Shown here piece by piece: positions 33,324 to 42,850 of a stretch of DNA of 64,000 nt. Each line of letters opens with the position of its first letter. Within the stretch, counting starts at the first letter, position 1. A model generated the notes under the pieces. That model had not been told where the DNA came from and searched no databases. It saw only the letters and a list, made by a program, of their open reading frames with translations. Origin of the DNA: Nitrospirota bacterium (GTDB taxonomy: Bacteria > Nitrospirota > Nitrospiria > Nitrospirales > NS-4); NCBI GenBank assembly GCA_963788195.1, contig CAWBGA010000002.1, positions 160,001 through 224,000 on the forward strand, read 5' to 3'. A program made the translations under genes and the position numbers.

Positions 33324-33671
33324 ATGGCTGCAACCAGTGATTGTTTATTTTGCCGAATTGCATCCGGCGAGATTCCGTCGAAATTCGTGTGGCAGGACGA
33401 GGAGATCTTCGCTTTTGAAGACGTAAGGCCGCAAGCCCCTGTTCATGTGCTCGTAGTTCCCAAGCGGCATATAGCGGCGGTGAAGGACGTGAAGGATCAG
33501 GCTTTGCTGGGACGACTCCTCAATGCCTCCACGCTCGTGGCGCAAAACAAAGGCATCGCGGAATCCGGTTACCGCCTTGTTGCAAATACGGGGAGGGACG
33601 GCGGGCAGACGGTCTTTCATTTGCATTTTCATGTCCTTGGCGGCCGCCAGATGATGTGGCCTCCTGGATAA
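33324..33671 (+). CDS. Histidine triad nucleotide-binding protein
   Basis: CLFCRI, PQAPVHVLVVPK, GQTVFHLHFHVLGGR. Confidence 0.95.
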   Translation: MAATSDCLFCRIASGEIPSKFVWQDEEIFAFEDVRPQAPVHVLVVPKRHIAAVKDVKDQALLGRLLNASTLVAQNKGIAESGYRLVANTGRDGGQTVFHLHFHVLGGRQMMWPPG

Positions 33672-33696
33672 TAAGACGGGGTACCTAGGACATCGG

Positions 33697-33725
33697 TTGA
33701 CACTTGATCTACGGATTGTTACCAT
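33697..33725 (+). promoter_or_regulatory. sigma70 promoter for dnaG-rpoD
   Basis: TTGACA-17 nt-TACCAT with extended -10 TG. Confidence 0.65.
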
Positions 33726-33778
33726 AATGGGTTATCTCGCTGGGAAACAAGAAATTTTCTGGCGCCTGCGGGGCACTC

Positions 33779-35632
33779 GTGGATAAAGGGTTGATCCCGG
33801 AAGATGTCATCCAGCGGATACGGGAGCGCGCCGACATCGTTGAAGTCGTCGGCTCTCACCTCTCCCTCAGCAAGGCCGGTCAGAACTACAAGGGACTCTG
33901 CCCGTTTCATTCGGAGAAAACCCCGTCCTTCACGGTCAGCCCCTCTCGGCAGATGTTCCACTGCTTCGGCTGCGGAGAAGGCGGGAATGTCTTTGGTTTC
34001 CTGATGAAGATCGACGGCGCCACTTTCCCGGCAGCCGTGCGGACACTGGGTGAGAGATACGGCATCGAGGTGGATCCCCAGCCTGCCTCCCCGGCGGCCC
34101 GGCAGCGGACCGAAAGCCGGGAGCGCCTGTTGATCCTGAACCGGCAGGCGGCGGAGTTTTTTCATCGTGCTTTAGTCTCTGATCCGAACGGGCAGGCGGC
34201 AAGGTTGTATTTGGAGAAGCGCGGGATGACCCCCTCGACAATTGAGCAATTTGGTCTTGGCTATGCGCCCGCGGGGTGGGATCTGACGCTGTCGGCGCTG
34301 ACCAAGGCTGGAAGCAAGATCGAAGATCTTGCCTTGGCTGGGTTGGTCGTCCCTCGGGAACAGAATAGCCGTGCAGGCCAGACCGCGCCCGGCTACTATG
34401 ACCGGTTCCGGGGACGCGTGATGTTTCCAATTCGCGACCTTCAGAAACGTGTCATTGGATTTGGTGGACGGATTCTCGACGATGGCCAGCCGAAATACCT
34501 GAACTCTCCTGAGACGCCATTGTTTAGCAAGAGCCGGACTCTGTACGCGCTCGACGTCGCCCGTGAGGGCATCAGCCAGTCCGAAGAGATGGTACTGGTC
34601 GAGGGATACTTTGATGCGATTGCCCTGCATCAGGCCGGTCTCACAAATGTAGCGGCAACCCTCGGTACCGCGCTCACGTCCGAACATATCGAGTTGATCC
34701 GTCGCTTTACGCACCGCATCGTTCTCGTCTTCGACCCCGACACAGCCGGAGTGCGAGCCGCGCTGCGGAGCATGGACTTGTTTCTTGATTCGGGTCTGAC
34801 CGTCCGCGTGGTCAGTCTCCCTGCCGGAGAAGACCCCGACACCTTCGTGAGAGGACAGGGGTTGGACTCTTTTAAGGCGTTGATTCAACGCGCGCCTTCG
34901 CTCCTTGGAGTTCACGGTCGAGGTAAGCCTCAAAACCGGGCGAGGGGGAAGCGTGGAGGAGCGGGTGCGGTGTGTTGAAGACGTGCTCGCGCTCCTGCAA
35001 AAGATCAGTAATCCCGTTGAGAAGGCCGCCTCGATTCGCCATGTCGCGGACCAATTAGGCCTGGACGAGTCAGTACTGTTGAAACGGTACCGCACGATGG
35101 CCCCAGCGCGCCCATCTCAGGGTGCCAAGCCGTCGGCAGCCCCGGTAGCCACCCAGCCCAGGCTCCCTAAGGATGAGGAAGTCCTTCTCCAGTTGCTGTT
35201 GCATCAAAAATGTACGCCAGACATGCTGGCTCAACTGTCCGCCGGAAGATTTTACCGACCCCCGTGCCAGGCGATCTGATTTCGCGGGCCCATTCCGCCC
35301 TGGAACAGGGGCAAGTTGATTTCAGCATTCTTGGGCAGGAGGATGCCGATCCGGCATCGGAAGCTCTGGCCCGGTCGCTGTCCCTGAGCGAATTCCCCTA
35401 TGACGATGTGATCGAGGCATTTCAGCAGAGTTTTGCCGCCTTGAAACTCCGGCGTCTGGACAAGGAAATTCAGGAAACCAAGGCCGCCCAGGCCGCTGCC
35501 GAGCGAGCGGGAGAACCAGAGATAGACAGGACCCTTCTCATACGGTCCAACGCGCTGCAACAGGAGCGGCAGCGACTGCTGAAAGGCGAGCGATCATCAC
35601 AAACTGAAGCAGGGGGGAAGGTGCATGCCTGA
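33779..35632 (+). CDS. dnaG: DNA primase (frameshifts near 34910 and 35240-35270)
   Basis: [49 protein letters not shown]-terminal part in two further frames. Confidence 0.95.
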
Positions 35633-37428
35633 AGAAGAACGCACAGTCGAAGTCAACCGCCTCATCTCCCTGGGTAAAGAGAAGGGGTTTCTTACCTACC
35701 GCGATTTGAATAACGGCTTGCCGGCCGAGATGGCCACTACCGAGCGATTGAACAGCCTGATGACAATGTTCGGCGAGATGGATATCGAGGTGATCGATGC
35801 CCCTGAGGGGGAGCGATATTCCCCGATAATGTCCGAAGGCGGCGAGAGCGCGACAGAAGAGACTGAAGAACCGGAAGAGCCGGAGGAGGAAGACAAGAAG
35901 ATCGATCTGACTCCAGGCGCGTTGAGCCGCACCGATGACCCTGTCCGGCTGTATTTAAAGGAGATGGGCAGTGTCTCGCTGCTCAGCCGCGAGGGCGAAA
36001 TCGAGATCGCCAAGCGGATTGAAGACGGCAAGAAGGACATCTCCTTGTTGGTGTTCGGGATGCCGATGACCATCAAGGCGGTGTTCGCGATCGCCGACCG
36101 GCTCAAAGCCTCGAAGATTTCGATACGCGAAGTGGTCGCCACCGCCGCCGAGGAAGAGTTTGTAGAGGTCGTCGAGCAAGACGAGGAGGAGTTGCGACAC
36201 CGCACCTTGGAGGCCATTCGCAAGGTCAAAGCGCCCTCGAATACCTTGTTGGCACTGTACGTCAAATATAGACAGGTCAGCCTGAGCCTCGTCAAACGCA
36301 AGGAACTCAAAGCGAAGCTTCAGGAGGCGCGCCGCCAAGTCGTCGACAAAATGGACATGGTGAACCTGCATCCGGTTCTTCGCGAGCGCATGGTGCAGCG
36401 TGTTCGGGAGCTTGCGCAGGAAATCGGTGCCTGTGAGCGCGAGATCGCCTATTGCCGGCGCCGTCTGGGGGTCTCAGGAGAAGAGGGTAACCACCTGTTG
36501 GCGCGGATGCTCCGTGGCCGCAAGGATCTCCTCGCGGTCCGACGGAAGACCGGCGTGGCGCTCGATACCCTTCAGGAGATCGAGAAAGCCTTCCAAAACG
36601 CCCGGCGCCGTATCAGGGCGGTCGAGGCCGAAGCGTTGGCTCCGGCCGATGAGCTTCGCGAAGGCGCCAAACTGCTGGACTCGGCGGAAGAGCGGGTCAA
36701 ACGTGGAAAAGCAGAATTGGTCGAAGCCAATCTTCGCCTGGTGGTCAGTATCGCTAAGAAGTACACGAATCGCGGCCTTCAATTCCTGGATCTTATTCAG
36801 GAAGGCAATATCGGCTTGATGAAGGCCGTAGACAAGTTTGAATACAAGCGCGGCTATAAGTTCAGCACCTATGCCACCTGGTGGATCCGCCAGGCCATCA
36901 CGCGCGCCATTGCCGACCAGGCGCGCACCATCCGCATCCCTGTTCACATGATTGAAACGATCAACAAACTCATCCGCACCTCCCGCCATCTTGTGCAGAA
37001 GCTCGGCCGCGAGCCGCTGCCGGAGGAAATTGCGGAAAAGATGGATCTGCCGCTGGACAAGGTGCAGAAAGATCTTGAAGATCGCCAAGGAGCCGATTTC
37101 GCTGGAAACTCCTATCGGTGAGGAGGAAGACAGTCATCTGGGTGACTTTATCGAAGATAAAAAAGCCGTGTCGCCCCTTGAGGCCGCCATCCGGTACGAT
37201 CTGCAGCGGCAGATTAATAACGCGCTGAAGACGCTCACGCCTCGTGAGGAGCGGGTGTTGCGTAAGCGATTCGGCATCGGCGAGAACACCGACCATACGC
37301 TTGAAGAGGTCGGGCAGGACTTCGCGGTCACCCGAGAACGCATCCGGCAGATCGAAGCGAAGGCGCTCCGGAAACTCCGTCATCCGAGCCGTAGTAAAAA
37401 ACTGAAAAGCTTCGTGGAGAGCTTATAA
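35625..37428 (+). CDS. rpoD: RNA polymerase primary sigma factor (frameshift near 37068)
   Basis: [42 protein letters not shown], region 4 TLEEVG...[19 protein letters not shown]. Confidence 0.97.
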
Positions 37429-37445
37429 TGCCACCGGAATTCGAG

Positions 37446-37522
37446 GGGCCCATAGCTCAGTTGGTCAGAGCGGCGGACTCATAATCCGTTGGTCCCAGGT
37501 TCGAGGCCTGGTGGGCCCACCA
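37446..37522 (+). tRNA. tRNA with CAT anticodon, most likely tRNA-Ile2 (lysidine-modified)
   Basis: GGGCCCA/TGGGCCC acceptor stem, loop CTCATAA, GGTTCGA T-loop, encoded CCA; fully paired 1:72 and no GGG/CCC anticodon stem argue against the initiator. Confidence 0.9.
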
Positions 37523-37614
37523 ATCTGAAGGGATTTTTGAAGGGATTGTGGTAAGATCGATACGACGATCGTAAGAAGAGGCGTTCTCGGCGTGAGTCAT
37601 TCGATGGGCGCACA

Positions 37615-38403
37615 GTGAAAGGAAATCTCCAGCAACTTATCGAGCTCCAAGAAGCCGATCTTAGGATTGAAGAATTAGCGCTCCGAAAGCGCCGCCTGCC
37701 TGAGCTGATCGAAGCAGCCCGTCAACCCCTCCAAGCCGCCCAGACCGAGCATGACGGGCTCAAAAAGACGTACGATGTGGCCGTGCATGACAGGAAGTCC
37801 CGTGAACAGGATCTGGCTGTGCAGGAGCAAGCCATCAGCAAACTGAATGATCGCGCGGCCAAGGGCGAGATCAAGACCAACAAGGAATACCAGGCTCACC
37901 GCTTTGAGGTCGAATTGGCGAAGAAAAAGAAAGGCGAGATCGAGGACGAGCTTCTCCTCCTGATGGACATGGTCGACACGAAGAAAAAGGAATTGAGCCG
38001 CGTGGAGGAAGCGCTCAAGACCTCAGAGCAGCGATTCAAAACCGAGAAGGCGGATCTTGAGGGGTCGGTCGGCGCGCTCGAGGAGGAACTGGCGGAGATC
38101 ACAAGCAGGCGCAAAGAGATCGCCGCGTCTGTGGAGCCTTCGCTCCTGCGGACGTATGACAAACTTCGCGTGACGCGGAAAGGCCGGGCGCTGGCAGGGG
38201 TGAGCAAAGAGGGCAGCTGCATGGCCTGCCGGCTGCACGTAGAACCCCAGATCGTTTCCGACGTCAAACGCGCACTCACGATTAACACCTGCTCGTACTG
38301 CCAGCGAATCCTATACTGGATTGGTGAGCCGGCTCCGGCCGCCGCTGAGCCTGCCGGGGCGTCGGCGGTGCTCGGAATTCAACAGGCCGCTGAGAAGAAT
38401 TAA
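37615..38403 (+). CDS. Coiled-coil C4-type zinc-ribbon protein (DUF164/CT398-like)
   Basis: Long coiled coil, KTNKEYQA, CMAC...CSYCQRILY. Confidence 0.9.
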   Translation: MKGNLQQLIELQEADLRIEELALRKRRLPELIEAARQPLQAAQTEHDGLKKTYDVAVHDRKSREQDLAVQEQAISKLNDRAAKGEIKTNKEYQAHRFEVELAKKKKGEIEDELLLLMDMVDTKKKELSRVEEALKTSEQRFKTEKADLEGSVGALEEELAEITSRRKEIAASVEPSLLRTYDKLRVTRKGRALAGVSKEGSCMACRLHVEPQIVSDVKRALTINTCSYCQRILYWIGEPAPAAAEPAGASAVLGIQQAAEKN

Positions 38404-38414
38404 ATCGTACCCCG

Positions 38415-39113
38415 TTAAGCACCTCCCAAAATCTGTTGCGTCGTCTTAAAGTGCAATTTCGCGACCTTTGCCAACCCTTCATGGCCGTACTTGCGCACGA
38501 CTGACCGTGCAGCTGTTTTGACAGCCTCGGAGGCGCCCTTCGGCAGCGGCACACCGATTTCGGTGGCAAGGCGGCCGAGCCGACGGACGAATTCGTCTCG
38601 TGCGACGATAGAAGCCGCGGCGACCGCAATATCTTCCTCGCCCCTGTGGCGTTGTTCCAGGATGATCTGCTTGCCCTTTGCTTGCAGTGCGTTCACGATC
38701 AGCCGCTCATCACCGAATTGATCTGAAATCGCCCGTTGGCAGGGAACCTGCTCAAGCAGGGTTTCAAGGGCTTTGGCATGGCCCCACGCAAGAAGCTTAT
38801 TGAGATTACGGATCTCCGTATAGAGCTGGTTATAGCGCTCCGGGCCGATCGCGACGATGGTATGCCGGCACAGGGTTTTGATATCAACCGCCAGGGTTTT
38901 GATGACACTGTCGGCGATCTTCTTACTGTCGCGGACATTGAGGGCGAGAAGATCTTCAGCGATGCGCGGGGTGACGTGGACCGCCGCGATCACCAATGGC
39001 CCGAAGTAATCGCCTTTGCCGGATTCGTCTATGCCGATCCACCCGATCGCAGCCGGCGGCTTGCCGGCGCCTGCGCTCGGTCTCTCTTCTGTCATGGGTG
39101 GGGACGGTACCAC
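38415..39113 (-). CDS. rnhC: Ribonuclease HIII, catalytic domain only
   Basis: IGIDESGKGDYFGPLV, VRDSK, SDQF, AVAAASIVAR, LPKGAS, AKLHFKT. Confidence 0.88.
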   Translation of the reverse strand: MVPSPPMTEERPSAGAGKPPAAIGWIGIDESGKGDYFGPLVIAAVHVTPRIAEDLLALNVRDSKKIADSVIKTLAVDIKTLCRHTIVAIGPERYNQLYTEIRNLNKLLAWGHAKALETLLEQVPCQRAISDQFGDERLIVNALQAKGKQIILEQRHRGEEDIAVAAASIVARDEFVRRLGRLATEIGVPLPKGASEAVKTAARSVVRKYGHEGLAKVAKLHFKTTQQILGGA

Positions 39114-39145
39114 AGAACTGGAAGAGATAAGAACTCTCTTTGAGC

Positions 39146-39248
39146 GGGTCCTGCCGCCGGTTATCCCCCCCGGCTTCGGCTGCGAAGACTGGCCTCTAGT
39201 GCATGAGGACAGGACGCTCTTGGCCGTCCGGGGTGGGCGGGTGCAAAA
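39146..39248. repeat. Long variant of the GCCAAGAC hairpin repeat; inverted copy at 44710-44821
   Basis: Shares GCTGCGAAGACTGGCCTCTAG and CCGGGGTGGGCGGGTGCAAAA with the reverse complement of 44710-44821. Confidence 0.85.
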
Positions 39249-39302
39249 AGCCCCCTACCGGCGTCACCCGCAGGAGAGGAGTAAGGATTCCGTCTGTGAT
39301 TC

Positions 39303-39311
39303 TGATATAAT
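39303..39311 (+). promoter_or_regulatory. Extended -10 promoter of rnpB
   Basis: TG-A-TATAAT 4 nt before the P1 helix. Confidence 0.7.
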
Positions 39312-39315
39312 AAGT

Positions 39316-39731
39316 GTGCGCGTGGGAGCCGGGCGGGTGGTCGCTGGTCTCGCAAGAGCCAGAGGAAAGTCCGGACTCCTAGAGCAGGGTGCTGGGTAAC
39401 GCCCAGGCGGAGCAATCCGACACCGGCGCAACAGAAAGCACACCGCCGATGGCCCGAAAGGGATCAGGCAAGGTTGAAAAGGCGGGGTAAGAGCCCACCG
39501 CGGTCGTGGCGACACGACTGGCCGGCAAGCGTCACCCGGAGCAAGGCCAAATAGGAGGGCGTGAGAAGCGGGACACCGGTGCCGCTTCTCAACGGCCGGC
39601 TCGGCCGTGGCCCTCGGGTAGGCCGCTTGAGGCCCGGAGCAATCCGGGTCCTTAGAGAAATGACCACCGCGATCTTTCCGCAAGGGAAGGTCTGCACAGA
39701 ATCCGGCTTATAGCCCGGCTCCTACGCGCAC
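39316..39731 (+). ncRNA. rnpB: RNase P RNA (type A)
   Basis: GAGGAAAGTCCGGACT, GCAACAGAAA, GGTAAGAGCCCACC, GAGCAAGGCCAAA, ACAGAATCCGGCTTA; P1 GTGCGCGTGGGAGCCGGGC pairs with GCCCGGCTCCTACGCGCAC. Confidence 0.96.
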
Positions 39732-39914
39732 TTAACCCGGATCATCCACGAATACCTACTGCGTCGGCCGATCCTCTCGGCCGGCGCGGCTCTTCTCCTT
39801 TGTTCTCCTCGACGTACCGCGGTGGGTACGCCTGCGTCATCCTCAGTCCGAGGAGTCGCGGCGGTCTTCGGTCTCGACCGCCTCGCTACGGCATTCCTGG
39901 ATAATCCGGGTTAA
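39732..39914. mobile_element. MITE-like non-coding element with ~22-bp terminal inverted repeats bounded by TTAA
   Basis: TTAACCCGGATCATCCACGAAT ... ATTCCTGGATAATCCGGGTTAA (2 mismatches); internal palindromes. Confidence 0.7.
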
Positions 39915-40173
39915 GCGCGCGTACGCACTTAACACCGGACCATCCACGATCTGACGACCGCTCCTGAGATTGCCGCCGCCACTTATATAAGTCGGCTAAT
40001 ACTATAGCTAGGTGATTACACTCTTGGGTCATTTACTGCCGGCCGCTTTGAGGCTTACAAACATTCTTACTGGCGGCCTCCGGCTGAAGACGACTCCCCG
40101 GAGAATTCACCGCTACCGGACGGGCTGGCCTTCCCTCCTTGGCTGGCCGTCCGCTCATTGGACTGATTGCACA

Positions 40174-40353
40174 ATGACACATCGCAGTTGCACTATTGAA
40201 GAAACAAGCAATGGCTATGTGGTCCGGCTGTACGAGACAGAGGCAGGAAGTATGCCGAGCGGGGATGCCGAGGGGTTGTTCATAGAGCGCACCTTAGTAA
40301 ACGTACAAATGCGTATTGACAGCTACTTCTTGTTCGCGCAGTCTACGGAATGA
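40174..40353 (+). CDS. Small hypothetical protein
   Basis: 59-aa ORF with IEETSNGYVVRL beta-hairpin pattern; weak RBS. Confidence 0.35.
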   Translation: MTHRSCTIEETSNGYVVRLYETEAGSMPSGDAEGLFIERTLVNVQMRIDSYFLFAQSTE

Positions 40354-40668
40354 ACGGGTCGGACAATCAAACGAGTGTGAACAGATAGGCGACTACGAGG
40401 CGTGTCAGACGCTGACCAAGATGTGAAGATGTAGAACCTATATGGAAGGAGGACCCGGTGCGGAGCGTCTGGCCCTCTGGCGGGAGTCCGCCCCGTAGGC
40501 GCAGATCAGCCCGGAGGAATACACCCAGGAGCGCGTGCGCGGACTGTTCCGGGAGGCACGTGCCAAATGCGAATCAGCACGAGTGCGACGTCGCCGGCGA
40601 TGACGACTCAGTCCAGTCCGTCTTCTAATTCGCCTTATTCGCCTTCTAATGTCTGGGAGGTTAACTAA

Positions 40669-41319
40669 ATGAAACCTAACTGGTGGCGAGAAGTCTTCTT
40701 GATAACTGGATGCTTTGCATTCGGCTGTCTGATTGTTGGTATGATCGAGCTGTCCAAGAACTTTGACTTTGAAATCAAGAAAGTGACACAAGAAAAAGTC
40801 CAAGCAGTAGAAAAAGTCCCAGCAGTAGAGAAAGTCCCAGCAGAAGACAAAGTCCCAGCAGAAGACAAAGTCCCAGCAGAAGACAAAGTTCCAGCAGTAG
40901 AGAAAGTCCCAGCAGTAGAGAAAGTTCCAGCAGTAGAGAAAGTCCCAGCAGTAGAGAAAGTCCCAGCAGTAGAGAAAGTCCCAGCAGTAGAGAAAGTCCC
41001 AGCAGAAGACAAAGTCCCAGCAGAAGAAAAAGTGGCAGTAAAAGATAAAGTAATAGAGGTAGAGGTAATTTCATTGGCGGAACCACCTGAGCGTGTAACC
41101 GACGAGATCAAAATCACTGAGAAAAGTCCACCACCTCGTGCCAAGTCTAATCTTGTGATCAAACCAACTCGGAAAGACTTGCAGTTAGACTTGCATTTAT
41201 CTGACTGCCAAACTGGACAAATCCTCGTATACACTGAGGAGAAAGGTGTTCACTGCATAAGGGATATTGTGTTACCAGATTTGATTGTAGGAATTGATGA
41301 AGACGTTAACTCTAAGTAA
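40669..41319 (+). CDS. Membrane-anchored protein with hexapeptide tandem repeat
   Basis: GGAGG RBS, N-terminal TM, 12 copies of (VE/ED)KVPA; AT-rich coding sequence. Confidence 0.75.
   Translation: MKPNWWREVFLITGCFAFGCLIVGMIELSKNFDFEIKKVTQEKVQAVEKVPAVEKVPAEDKVPAEDKVPAEDKVPAVEKVPAVEKVPAVEKVPAVEKVPAVEKVPAVEKVPAEDKVPAEEKVAVKDKVIEVEVISLAEPPERVTDEIKITEKSPPPRAKSNLVIKPTRKDLQLDLHLSDCQTGQILVYTEEKGVHCIRDIVLPDLIVGIDEDVNSK
40792..41040 (+). repeat. 18-bp tandem repeat (VNTR) inside the CDS
   Basis: AAAGTCCCAGCAG(T/A)AGA(G/C) units. Confidence 0.92.
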
Positions 41320-41341
41320 CCTAAGAGGAGGTGTTTTCTGA

Positions 41342-41458
41342 TTCTAGGGCTCCTTCCATGATCATCAGCAACTCGTCCGTTGAGTGCACGTAATCTTCCC
41401 AGACCTGGCCGGGTGGACCCACTCACAAGCCGCAGCTAAAGCCGCGCGCTTTGCACTC
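41342..41458 (-). pseudogene. Degenerate partial copy of the cupin gene at 42227-42517
   Basis: Reads ARGFSCGL*VGPPGQVWEDYVHSTDELLMIMEGALE; TGG to TGA stop. Confidence 0.85.
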
Positions 41459-41574
41459 GTTCGGGACTGCTCATAATACGATATCCCCCTCACCCTTCCC
41501 TCTCTGTTCGACCCATTGCAATTGGAGAGCAATGGGTGCCCCGGGGCGAGGGGATGCCCACCCACAGGCGTTCG

Positions 41575-42168
41575 CTAGAAGCGAAAACCGAGGCCTACCG
41601 TTAGTGCATCAATTCCAGGGTTGGTTGTTTTATCACTAAGCCAATTGAGACCGATCTGTTCGCCATTCGAGTTGTGGGTGTACTGGAGTGAGCCATACCA
41701 TCTTTTCTTCGTCTCACTAAAAAAGAATCTAAGACTGATCCCCAGATCATATGTACCTTGAGATTGTCCCGGATAAGCTTCCCCATCGGCTCCGAGGCGT
41801 TTTCCCGAATAGGCTAGCCCTGCGTTGACGAGCGCTTCCCATCTAGAAAAGGAGACGCCGAGCACTATGCCGCCTGCGCCTTGGAAGACGTCTTCCACAC
41901 CTGCCAATTTGATATAGGGACCGAATTCAAGTGACTCAAAGTACGGGATAGGGAACAGCAGGTCTGTAAACAGTTGCCCCGTTGGATGAGTCTTGTAGGA
42001 AGACGTTTCATTGAAACAAGTAAAACACACAGTCTCTGCGCCGATGCGAAGTTCAACATCAGCATTTGCGGCAAGGGAATGGAAAGGATAGAGCAATAAC
42101 GTCCCTATAAGCACTACTAGAATGAAATTGAAACATCGCTCCCTTGACAGGGGGACGAGTAGGTTCAT
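41575..42168 (-). CDS. PagL-like outer-membrane beta-barrel (lipid A 3-O-deacylase / acyloxyacyl hydrolase family)
   Basis: Signal peptide, amphipathic strands, H-x-S-N-G (YTHNSNG), NPGID, C-terminal GLGFRF. Confidence 0.75.
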   Translation of the reverse strand: MNLLVPLSRERCFNFILVVLIGTLLLYPFHSLAANADVELRIGAETVCFTCFNETSSYKTHPTGQLFTDLLFPIPYFESLEFGPYIKLAGVEDVFQGAGGIVLGVSFSRWEALVNAGLAYSGKRLGADGEAYPGQSQGTYDLGISLRFFFSETKKRWYGSLQYTHNSNGEQIGLNWLSDKTTNPGIDALTVGLGFRF

Positions 42169-42226
42169 CTCGCGTGCGCGCTGTGGAAGGGGACGGGCTC
42201 CATTTCCGAAGGGTGCCTGTCCCAAT

Positions 42227-42517
42227 CTACGATTTATAGCCGTAGAGCCATCGTGCGGTCGTCCCGCCGATGTTGCGGACGGTATGCGAGGTATGGGCAG
42301 GAATCAAGAGTTCTTCGCCGATGCCGGGGTGCAGGATTTTGCCCTGCATCTCGAGTTCCAAGGCTCCCTCCATCAGCATGAGCAACTCGTCGGTAGAGTG
42401 CACGTAGTCTTCCCAGACCTGTCCGGGTGGATCCACCCACAAGCCGCAGCTAAAGCTGCGCGCTTCCCACTCTTCCGCGATTTTCGTACGATCGAGTTTC
42501 CCCACGCTGCTACTCAT
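42227..42517 (-). CDS. Cupin domain protein
   Basis: YVHSTDELLMLMEG, GEELLIPAHTSHTVRN. Confidence 0.88.
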   Translation of the reverse strand: MSSSVGKLDRTKIAEEWEARSFSCGLWVDPPGQVWEDYVHSTDELLMLMEGALELEMQGKILHPGIGEELLIPAHTSHTVRNIGGTTARWLYGYKS

Positions 42518-42850
42518 GGAGAACTTTTACATCTTCTGGGGGACAAAAGGAAAGGGGCCAGAACAAAAAAACGATGGTCAGGCCCCTTTTTAGCGCAGGA
42601 TCCAGACGAGATAGCCGAGATATCCAATAAGACCGGAGAAGAAAAATTTGCTCATGATGCGTCTCCTTCTCAGCACTTATCGGATTAGACAGTCCAAAAC
42701 TGAAAAAGATAAATTCCTCTGACAAAAATGATCAGAGGGAGAAACGAGCACCTTTTAAGGCTGGGGACAGTGGCTCGCAGCGGGGGTCCTACACCGGGCC
42801 CGGGGTGGCGAGCATGGCTGGGCACTTCGGTGACAGGCCCCGCAAGGCAC

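Noticed and set aside
33779..37428. Frameshifts in dnaG and rpoD (also hisA, hisF, hisIE, ilvD, psd and others) as programmed frameshifting or pseudogenisation
   Set aside because: Essential genes are affected, breaks are scattered and often in short homopolymers, and no common slippery motif is seen; sequencing indels are the simpler explanation.
37446..37522. tRNA as an integration site or as initiator tRNA-Met
   Set aside because: No integrase or duplicated 3' end was seen nearby, and initiator identity elements are absent.
39161..39697. ORFs overlapping rnpB
   Set aside because: The region is explained by RNase P RNA and a repeat.
40440..40605. GC-rich coding-like fragment
   Set aside because: It has an internal stop and no recognisable family, so no call can be supported.
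40792..41040. 18-bp repeat as a CRISPR array, or the antisense ORFs (TFSTAG and LLLGLS repeats) as genes
   Set aside because: It is a coding VNTR; the plus-strand ORF has the RBS and TM anchor, and the others are shadows.
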